Positions 56,777 to 64,000 of a stretch of DNA of 64,000 bases are shown piece after piece. Position numbers and translations under genes: made by a program. Origin of the DNA: Thermodesulfobacteriota bacterium (GTDB lineage: Bacteria; Desulfobacterota; Desulfobacteria; Desulfobacterales; SURF-7); assembly GCA_049320885.1 (NCBI GenBank), contig JBMORA010000013.1:32001-96000 (forward strand), given 5' to 3'. The first letter of the stretch is position 1, and every line of letters begins with the position of its first letter. A model generated the notes under the pieces. The model worked only from the letters and a program-made list of their open reading frames with translations, was not told the DNA's origin and ran no database searches.

Positions 56777-57883
56777 TTACGAGCCCGGATAATAGGTCTC
56801 GCCGCTCTTCAAATCCACCCAGCTGTCCAACAGCCCCGCCGCCGCCAATTCCCGACGCAGATGCCTGGGTGGGAAATGCACCGGTTCATCGCCCAGCCGG
56901 AACGCCCCCCAGTGGACGATCATCAGCTTCCGGGCCTTCAGTTCCCGGAAGGCCTGCACGGTCTCCCGGGGGTTGATATGGCTCTGGGCCATGAACCAGC
57001 GGGGTTCATAGGCCCCCAGGTTGAAAATCGCCAGATCGATGTCATAGGCTGCGCCGATCTGCTCGAACCCGTCGAAATAAGCGGTATCGCCGGAAACATA
57101 AATGGTATAGCCCTGGGAGGTGCGGATCAGGTAGGAGCCCCACAGGGAGGTGTTCGGCCCCTGGATGGGGCTGCGCATGGTCCAGTGATTGCACGGCAGC
57201 AGGGTGATTTCCAGCCGGTTGTCCGTATAGCTGTCAAACCAATCCAGCTGGGTCCGATCCTGGACGCCCAGGGAGGTGAATTCCTCCTCGTATCCCAGGG
57301 GGCTGATCATATGGGTGGTTTTGCCGAAGGCGCCCAGGCTGGGCAAATCCAGGTGATCATAATGACCGTGGGTGATCAGAATATGGTCCGGTTTCGGGAT
57401 GGTATCCGTTTTCATGGCCGGCGGGTTGAAATCTTCGATAAACCAGAAGATATCGTCCAAGATCGGGTCAACCAGCAGGCGGCGTTCCTGATCTTGGATC
57501 AACAGTCCGGCATGCTTCAGGAAGGTGATGGACAGTCCGGCCGTATCCCGGATGGCCTCCCAGTTGACGGAAAAGGGCGTCATCGGCTGCTCATCCAGAT
57601 ATTTCCCGAATTGGTTGGCGGAAAACAATTTCCAGCGCATGAGATCCAGGAAGCGCCCATCCTGGGACAGGCCCATGGGGTTGTGGAAACGATTTGGTCC
57701 GTGATGGTGTTTTTTCCGGGCGATATCCCGCAGGAGGGTTCCGTTCAACGGCTGATAAAACAGCTGGGTCTCCAAATTCGGTTCCTGGACCGCCAGGGCG
57801 GAGAAACCCGGAGCCGTAAGGGGCAGGGATGCCAGCCCGGTCACTATTCGCTTCAAGAATTTCCTGCGTCCCATGGTCGTCAT
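56777..57883 (-). CDS. Tat-exported MBL-fold metallo-hydrolase (NAPE-PLD-like)
   Basis: GRRKFLK, RFHNP, ITHGHYDHLD, HWTMRS, SGDTAY, GAYEPRWFM, VHWGAF. Confidence 0.85.
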   Translation of the reverse strand: MTTMGRRKFLKRIVTGLASLPLTAPGFSALAVQEPNLETQLFYQPLNGTLLRDIARKKHHHGPNRFHNPMGLSQDGRFLDLMRWKLFSANQFGKYLDEQPMTPFSVNWEAIRDTAGLSITFLKHAGLLIQDQERRLLVDPILDDIFWFIEDFNPPAMKTDTIPKPDHILITHGHYDHLDLPSLGAFGKTTHMISPLGYEEEFTSLGVQDRTQLDWFDSYTDNRLEITLLPCNHWTMRSPIQGPNTSLWGSYLIRTSQGYTIYVSGDTAYFDGFEQIGAAYDIDLAIFNLGAYEPRWFMAQSHINPRETVQAFRELKARKLMIVHWGAFRLGDEPVHFPPRHLRRELAAAGLLDSWVDLKSGETYYPGS

Positions 57884-58125
57884 CCCTTCCTCCTGCCGTC
57901 GTTCCCATCAGCTCCTTGAAAAGGCCGGTCATTTTACCGGTCTTGGCATACAATAATCATGATCGGTCATTTGAAAAGACCCGGAATGCCGCTGGATGGT
58001 ACTTGACAATGCCGCCGGGGACGGATTAGGGGAGTCCATTTGTTTTCATGGTTGCGGGGCAACCGTATCGCTCACGGTCAGCATTTCCCCATGATCGATA
58101 TAACATAACGAAAGGTAATCAAAAC

Positions 58126-58713
58126 ATGATGAATCCGGAATGGATGAACAAAAAGGAACGCTTGAAACAACTGTTGACGGAAAAATCCTTTCAATACAGT
58201 GACACCCCGAAATTCAAACTGGTATCGGGCGCCGTCAGCCAGTATTATATCGACTGCAAAATGACCACCCTGCTGTCCCATGGCAAAGTGCTCATCGGCG
58301 AAATTCTCTTTGAAATGATCAAGAGCCTGAATATCAAGGGGATCGGCGGACTGACCCTGGGGTCCGACCCCATCGCCAACGCCGTGGCCTTTGTGGCCGG
58401 GCTGCATGGGCTGGACATGATTTCCTTTGTGATCCGCAAGGAGGCCAAAAAGCACGGCACCCAAAAATGGATTGAAGGCGACATGCGGGCCGGTGACCGG
58501 GTGGTGGTCATCGACGATGTCATCACCACCGGCGGGTCCACGATCAAGGCCATCGACCGGGCCGAGGAGGCCGGACTGACCATTTTGAAAACCATCGTCC
58601 TGGTGGACCGGGAGGAAGGCGGCCGGGAAAACATCCTCGCCCGGGGTTACGATGTGGAAGCGGTTTTTACCAAATCGGAGCTCAGAGCCGCGTTTGAAAA
58701 AAGGCGCGGTTGA
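58126..58713 (+). CDS. pyrE: Orotate phosphoribosyltransferase
   Basis: FKLVSG.VSQYYIDCK, IRKEAKKHG, VVIDDVITTGGS. Confidence 0.95.
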   Translation: MMNPEWMNKKERLKQLLTEKSFQYSDTPKFKLVSGAVSQYYIDCKMTTLLSHGKVLIGEILFEMIKSLNIKGIGGLTLGSDPIANAVAFVAGLHGLDMISFVIRKEAKKHGTQKWIEGDMRAGDRVVVIDDVITTGGSTIKAIDRAEEAGLTILKTIVLVDREEGGRENILARGYDVEAVFTKSELRAAFEKRRG

Positions 58714-60251
58714 TACAAGGCCCGGGCCTTGCGACCGAAGGGGATGCCCAGTTTGCGCATCTTCTGACGTAGGGTGGCCGGATGGATGTTCAGGAGGGCG
58801 GCGGCGCCGTTGGGCCCCTCAATGCGCCCGCGGGTCCGGTCCAGTGTTTTCCGGATATGGGCGGTGATAACGGCGTCCAGCTGGGAAACCACCGGGAAAG
58901 GCGGCTCGTTTTCCGCCGGATGATCCATTCCGCAGGATCGTTGCAGGTCGCTGAACGTCAGCGGCTGCCGCCCGCAGATGATCAGGGCCCGTTCCACCGC
59001 ATTTTCCAGCTCCCGCACATTACCGGGCCAATCATAGGCCATCAGTCCATCCAAGGCGCCCGGCGACAGGGTCGGCATCCCGGGAATGGCCAACTCTTTG
59101 GCTTTTTCCCGCAGAAAATGCTGGACCAGGGCGGGGATATCCAATTTGCGGCGCCTCAACGGCGGTATTTCAAGGGGAAACACCTTGAGCCGGAAATACA
59201 GATCCTCCCGGAATTGCCCGTGCCGGATCATCTGCTCCAGATCGCGATGCGTAGCGGCGATGACGCGGCTGTCCACTGCCATGGGGGCTTCTCCGCCGAC
59301 TCTTTCAATCTCCTTGTCCTGGAGCACCCGCAATAACCTGACCTGGGCTTCCAGCGGCAATTCACCGATTTCATCCAAAAAAATCGTGCCGCCGTCGGCC
59401 CGCTCGAAGCGTCCGCGCTTGCCGGCCACCGCGCCGGTAAAGGCGCCTTTCTCATGGCCGAAAAGCTCGCTGTCGATCAGGGACTCCGTGATGGCACCGC
59501 AATTGACCGTAATGAACGGTCCCTCCCGCCGGGGGGAGCTGTTGTGAATGGCCTTGGCGATCACTTCCTTGCCCACGCCGGTTTCCCCGAGGAGCAGCAC
59601 CGGGCTGCCGGACGGGGCCACCTTTCGGACCGCCTCCATGACGGCTTTCAGTCCGCCGGCGGAGCCGATGATTTGTTGCCCCTTCATCCGGAAGAGTTCA
59701 TCCTGAAGATAACGCTTGTCATCGGCCAGCAGGTTTTTCAGTTCGCGGACTTTCCGGTATCGCAGGCTGTTGGTCAAGGCGATTCCCAGGGGTTCATTCA
59801 GGAGCTTCAACAGGCGGACATGATCCGACGTATAGGGTGTCTGCTTTTCATTGATGATGATCAGGGCGCCCATGCGTTTGCCGGTGAGCACCATTTCCAT
59901 GGCGATGGAAGCGCCGTAGGGCCAATGAAGATGCCGGATCAGGGCCTGGGCCGCGTCGTCTTTGCCGATCCTGTTGGTTACCGTAATCCGGGGTTCGGTG
60001 ATGTCGGTGCGCAGCTGGCGCCGATGCTGGGGGGGAACCGGCACCAGGACGGGCAGGGTGTTGCTGCCGTCCAGATATGCCGCGGCAATGGTTTCATAGC
60101 TTTCCTGCTCCGGCAGGTACACCACAAACCCCATGAAATCCGCCGGGATGTACTCCCGGATATAGAGCAGGCAGGACCGCAGGGCTTTGTCGATTTCCAG
60201 ATTTCCGCAAATCCGCAGCGTGGCTTCGCGGAAAAATTCATTTTCATCCAT
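58647..60251 (-). CDS. Sigma54-dependent enhancer-binding protein (GAF-AAA+-HTH, FhlA-like)
   Basis: GETGVGKE, SELFGHEKGAFTGA, FLDEIGE, FREDLYFRL, WPGNVRELEN, GAAALLNIHPATLR. Confidence 0.95.
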   Translation of the reverse strand: MDENEFFREATLRICGNLEIDKALRSCLLYIREYIPADFMGFVVYLPEQESYETIAAAYLDGSNTLPVLVPVPPQHRRQLRTDITEPRITVTNRIGKDDAAQALIRHLHWPYGASIAMEMVLTGKRMGALIIINEKQTPYTSDHVRLLKLLNEPLGIALTNSLRYRKVRELKNLLADDKRYLQDELFRMKGQQIIGSAGGLKAVMEAVRKVAPSGSPVLLLGETGVGKEVIAKAIHNSSPRREGPFITVNCGAITESLIDSELFGHEKGAFTGAVAGKRGRFERADGGTIFLDEIGELPLEAQVRLLRVLQDKEIERVGGEAPMAVDSRVIAATHRDLEQMIRHGQFREDLYFRLKVFPLEIPPLRRRKLDIPALVQHFLREKAKELAIPGMPTLSPGALDGLMAYDWPGNVRELENAVERALIICGRQPLTFSDLQRSCGMDHPAENEPPFPVVSQLDAVITAHIRKTLDRTRGRIEGPNGAAALLNIHPATLRQKMRKLGIPFGRKARALYQPRLFSNAALSSDLVKTASTS

Positions 60252-60446
60252 TCCCCTGGTTCCTCCCCCATCGAATACCTGAAACTTGATTATGCGACAG
60301 TTTATCAGCTACCTGTACTATTTTCCAGAAATAACTGTCATATTCCACAGAAATCACTGTGCGTACCGGCGGCCGGCCCTGGACTGAAAACCAATGGACG
60401 GCATAACAACTCGGATTCTCGATAAATTCAATCAATATACCTTCAA

Positions 60447-60462
60447 TGGCATCCTTCCTGCT
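60447..60462 (+). promoter_or_regulatory. Sigma54 (-24/-12) promoter of the FadH-like operon
   Basis: TGGCATCCTTCCTGCT: GG-N10-GC spacing, 68 nt upstream of the ATG, divergent from the enhancer-binding protein gene. Confidence 0.75.
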
Positions 60463-60530
60463 TTACACCTCAGCCAACCGGACGGTGATGTGGCACAACG
60501 CCGTCCCCATCCCCGACCAAAGGAGACGCC

Positions 60531-62531
60531 ATGTATCGGTATCTGTTCAGCCCCATCCGGATCAACAACTGCGAGATCAAAAACCGGATCGCCTATCCGG
60601 CCCTGGGGCTGCTGTATTCCCACGACCGCAAGCTGAATGACAAGTATCTGAATTATTACACGGAGAGAGCCAGAGGCGGCGTCGGCTTGCTGACCGTCGG
60701 TCCGGTGGGCGTCGATTTTCTGGGTTCCGGGTATCTGGCCCTGGCCCTGGACAACGACGACGCCATCCCCGCTTTTCAATCCCTGACCCGGGCGATCAAA
60801 AATGAAGGCGCCAGCCCCTGGATCCAGCTCTTTCACGCCGGCGGCTATTCGCATCCCATCCTGATCGACGGCCGGCAACCCATGGCGCCCTCGGCGGTGT
60901 TTTCCAGCTATGCCAAAACCACGCCCCGGGAAATGACCCGGGAAGATATCGCCGCCGTGCAACAGGCGTTTGCCAAAGCGGCGGTCCGCGCCCGGGAGGC
61001 GGGCTTTGCGGGCGTGGAGATCATCGCCTCGGCCGGATACCTGCTCACCCAGTTTCTCTCGCCGGTCAAAAATATTCGCACCGACGAATATGGCGGCAGT
61101 TTTGAAAACCGCGTCCGCTTCCCCGAAGAGCTCATCCGGCTGGTCCGGAAACACCTCGGCCCGGATTATCCCCTGACCGTCCGCATGGCGGGGAATGATT
61201 TCGTCACCGGCAGCAACACCGACGCCGAAACCCCGAAAATCGCCCGGATATACGAAGCCGCCGGGGTGGACGCCATCAATGTGACCGGCGGCTGGCACGA
61301 GGCCCGGGTGCCGCAGCTCCCCATGGATCTGCCGCGTTCCGCCTTTGCCTTTCTGGCCCTCAACATCAAAAAGGCGGTTTCCATTCCGGTGATGGCCTCC
61401 AATCGCATCGCCACCCCCGCCGAAGCGGAAAAAATCCTGCGCAACGGATATGCCGACATGGTGAATCTGGGCCGGGTGCTCATCGCCGATCCGGAATGGC
61501 CGAAAAAGGCCTTCGCAGGAAGAGCGGATGAAATCCGGCCCTGCACCGCCTGTTCCCAGGGTTGCACGGATCAGGTGTTTCAGGGGAAGCCGGTTTTCTG
61601 CGTGGGCAATCCCCTGGCCGGTTGCGAGTCCGAACGCCGAATCCGCAGAAGCGACCGCCCCAAAAACGTGATGATCATCGGGGCCGGCGCCGCCGGATTG
61701 GAAGCGGCCGTGACCGCCGCGCTGGCCGGACACCGGGTCCGTCTGTATGATAAAGGTCCGGATATCGGCGGCCAGTTGTGGGCTGCCGGCGCTCCGCCCC
61801 ATAAGCAGGAGCTCTGGGAATACATCCGCTACTACCGGGCCATGCTCCGGAAATATCCCATCGACCTGCATCTGAATACGGAGGTGACGCCGGAACTGAT
61901 TCGGGCGACGAATCCAGACCATATCATCGTCGCCGAAGGCGCTAGGCCCCTGCTTCCGCCCATCAAAGGGGTGCGGGACCCCGGCGTATTGACTTCCTGG
62001 GAAGTACTCCAGGACAATCCCCGGCTGGGGAAAAACGTGGCCGTGATCGGCGGCGGCGCCGTTGGGCTGGAAACCGCCCTGTTCGTGGCCGCCAAGGGCA
62101 CCATGAGTCCCGAGATCCTGCATTTCCTGTTCTCCTATGACGCGGTCCCTCCGGAGCGCCTGAGAGAGCTGATGGTCCAAGGCAGCAGCCGGGTGACGGT
62201 GTTCGAGATGCTGCCCAAGGCCGGAAAGGACGTGGGCCGCTCCACCAAATGGGTGCTGTTCGACAACCTGAAAAAATTCGGCGTGGCCATCATCACCAAC
62301 GCCAGGGTCGCGGCCGTTGAAGGCGGCCGTGTCCAGTATGAAAAGGACAACGCGGCCCATGAGCAACGATTCGACAACGTCATCGTCGCCTCGGGCTCCC
62401 AGCCGGTGCGGACCGTCACCGAACAGCTGCAACAGGCCGGCATTCCCCACACGGCCATCGGCGACTGCCTCCGGCCGGGGAAAATCGGCGACGCCATCCA
62501 TGGCGGCTTCCTGGCGGCCATGAATCTATGA
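60531..62531 (+). CDS. fadH: NADH:flavin oxidoreductase, 2,4-dienoyl-CoA reductase-like (OYE barrel, 4Fe-4S, FAD/NAD(P) domains)
   Basis: QLFHAG, SAGYLLTQFLSP, RTDEYGGS, GWHEARVP, CTACSQGC...C, IGAGAAG, IGGGAVG. Confidence 0.8.
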   Translation: MYRYLFSPIRINNCEIKNRIAYPALGLLYSHDRKLNDKYLNYYTERARGGVGLLTVGPVGVDFLGSGYLALALDNDDAIPAFQSLTRAIKNEGASPWIQLFHAGGYSHPILIDGRQPMAPSAVFSSYAKTTPREMTREDIAAVQQAFAKAAVRAREAGFAGVEIIASAGYLLTQFLSPVKNIRTDEYGGSFENRVRFPEELIRLVRKHLGPDYPLTVRMAGNDFVTGSNTDAETPKIARIYEAAGVDAINVTGGWHEARVPQLPMDLPRSAFAFLALNIKKAVSIPVMASNRIATPAEAEKILRNGYADMVNLGRVLIADPEWPKKAFAGRADEIRPCTACSQGCTDQVFQGKPVFCVGNPLAGCESERRIRRSDRPKNVMIIGAGAAGLEAAVTAALAGHRVRLYDKGPDIGGQLWAAGAPPHKQELWEYIRYYRAMLRKYPIDLHLNTEVTPELIRATNPDHIIVAEGARPLLPPIKGVRDPGVLTSWEVLQDNPRLGKNVAVIGGGAVGLETALFVAAKGTMSPEILHFLFSYDAVPPERLRELMVQGSSRVTVFEMLPKAGKDVGRSTKWVLFDNLKKFGVAIITNARVAAVEGGRVQYEKDNAAHEQRFDNVIVASGSQPVRTVTEQLQQAGIPHTAIGDCLRPGKIGDAIHGGFLAAMNL

Positions 62532-62649
62532 ACCGCCGGACAGATGACGACATTCGGGCGATTTGAAAAAGACGGACGGATCTGATAGGTTACACTCCAA
62601 CCATGAAAACTCCGGAAACGGTTCCGGGACGAACAGGAAAGGAAGCGCA

Positions 62650-63747
62650 ATGGCACAAACCGTATATCAAAAATTGAGAGCCCAGCTGGATCAGTATTCC
62701 ACCGGTTTTCCGGAAACCGCCTCGGGAATCGAATATCGGATTCTGAAACGCCTGTTCACGGAAGAAGAGGCGGCCATGTATCTGGATTTGACGATGATGC
62801 TCGAATCCCCCGCCTCCATTGCCGAACGCACCGGTCGGGATCCGGTGAAAACCGAAACCATGCTCCGACAGATGGTCGAAAAAGGCCTTATCTTCCGGGT
62901 CCGGAAAAACGACGCGGCCCGATATGCGGCGGTGCCTTTTGTCATCGGCTCCTATGAATTCCAGTTGAACCGCATGGACCGGGAACTGGCGGAAATGACC
63001 GAAACCTATTTCGAGGAAGCCCTCATGCCCCATCTCGTGGGGAATGTGCCCCCCCTGCGGACCATCCCGGTCCAAAAATCCGTGGACGTGGCTCACAAGG
63101 TCGCCCCTTACGCCGACGCCAAGGCCATTGTCGCCGACAAGGAGAAAATCGCGGTGGCGGAATGCATCTGCCGCAAGCAGCAGGGCTTGCTGGAAAAAGG
63201 CTGCGGAAAACCCAGGGAGGTCTGCCTGGTGTTCGGCTCCCATGCCGATTATTATGTGGACAAGGGCATGGCGCGGTTCATCGAAAAGACGGAAGCCTAT
63301 GCGATTCTGGATCAGTGCGAAAAGGCGGGATTGGTGAACCAGCCGGCCAACATGGTCAATCCCGGCGGCATGTGCAACTGCTGCGGCGACTGTTGCGGTG
63401 TGCTGCGGGGGCTCAACCAACTGCCCAAACCCGCCGAAATGGTCTGCAACAATTATGTGGCCGCCGTGAATGCGGAGGAGTGCACCGGCTGCGGCGTTTG
63501 CGAGGAGCGCTGCCAGATGGCGGCCGTGGCCGTGAACGACGATTCCATCGCCGCGGTGAATCCCGACCGCTGCATCGGCTGCGGTCTCTGCGTAACCACC
63601 TGCCCCACGGAGGCGATCCGGTTGCAGGTCAAGCCCGAGCACCTGCAACGCACACCGCCAGCAAGCGGCCGGGAGCTCATGGACATGACCGCCAGAATCC
63701 GCGGCACCTCCCTGATGCCGCTGTTCATGACGGCGCCGAAATCATGA
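62650..63747 (+). CDS. Cys-rich 4Fe-4S dicluster protein with an N-terminal winged-helix-like region
   Basis: ILKRLFTEEEA, CICRKQ, CNCCGDCC, CTGCGVCEERC, CIGCGLCVTTC. Confidence 0.85.
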   Translation: MAQTVYQKLRAQLDQYSTGFPETASGIEYRILKRLFTEEEAAMYLDLTMMLESPASIAERTGRDPVKTETMLRQMVEKGLIFRVRKNDAARYAAVPFVIGSYEFQLNRMDRELAEMTETYFEEALMPHLVGNVPPLRTIPVQKSVDVAHKVAPYADAKAIVADKEKIAVAECICRKQQGLLEKGCGKPREVCLVFGSHADYYVDKGMARFIEKTEAYAILDQCEKAGLVNQPANMVNPGGMCNCCGDCCGVLRGLNQLPKPAEMVCNNYVAAVNAEECTGCGVCEERCQMAAVAVNDDSIAAVNPDRCIGCGLCVTTCPTEAIRLQVKPEHLQRTPPASGRELMDMTARIRGTSLMPLFMTAPKS

Positions 63748-63760
63748 GGACACCAAGGAC

Positions 63761-64000
63761 GTGGATGGAGACAACCCGAAACTAATAAGGAGTCAGAAGT
63801 CAGGAGTCAGGAGTCAGCATAAAATACGGACGCCGGCCTACCTATTTTTCTATATGCTGTTTTCTCCCGACACATGGCGTGTGGTGATCGGGATTATCGT
63901 TGCTTATTTTCTGGCGCCGCTGATTCTGCCCCCGGAATTGCCACCCGCCGGCATCGTCCTGCTGTATGTCATGCTTGCCGTCATCGGATACACCGGTAGC
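63761..64000 (+). CDS. Small membrane protein, partial (start uncertain: GTG 63761 or ATG 63854)
   Basis: Open frame KIRTPAYLFFYMLFSPDTWRVVIGIIVAYFLAPLIL...GIVLLYVMLAVIGYTGS runs to the window end; two hydrophobic helices. Confidence 0.6.
   Translation, partial: MDGDNPKLIRSQKSGVRSQHKIRTPAYLFFYMLFSPDTWRVVIGIIVAYFLAPLILPPELPPAGIVLLYVMLAVIGYTGS
63788..63817. repeat. Heptamer tandem repeat AG(G/A)AGTC x4
   Basis: AGGAGTC AGAAGTC AGGAGTC AGGAGTC AG. Confidence 0.85.

Noticed and set aside
1..64000. tRNA/rRNA genes, selenocysteine read-through, programmed frameshifts
   Set aside because: None seen by eye and the redox genes appear full length; no covariance-model search was run

Overview
GC-rich bacterial window, most likely from a completely oxidising sulfate-reducing Desulfobacterales-type deltaproteobacterium. 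This is inferred from qrcABCD, System II cytochrome c maturation and the acsV-acsD-cooS-acsB-acsC-acsE cluster; no dsr or apr genes are in the window. Left to right: partial comEC, murA, the qrc operon with an unannotated 52-aa membrane ORF, ccsA/resB, an AT-richer islet (MT-A70 methyltransferase, RAYT-like Y1 transposase with inverted ends, substrate-binding protein, second orphan element end), an HD-GYP protein, the Wood-Ljungdahl CODH/ACS cluster, cobalamin-riboswitch btuFCD, chemotaxis/sensor genes and Mo-cofactor genes. Next is a ~13 kb minus-strand operon in which an ethylbenzene-dehydrogenase (EBDH)-family molybdoenzyme (order alpha-gamma-beta-delta) sits inside a Rieske/cytochrome b6-type complex, with a ferredoxin, an octaheme cytochrome c and a beta-helix lipoprotein. 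The window ends with a lipoprotein cluster, an MBL hydrolase, pyrE and a sigma54-controlled FadH-like/FeS operon. The EBDH-Rieske/b6 operon is the standout: a candidate O2-independent alkyl hydroxylase wired to reverse or confurcating electron transport. All calls come from motif reading only; no database searches were run.
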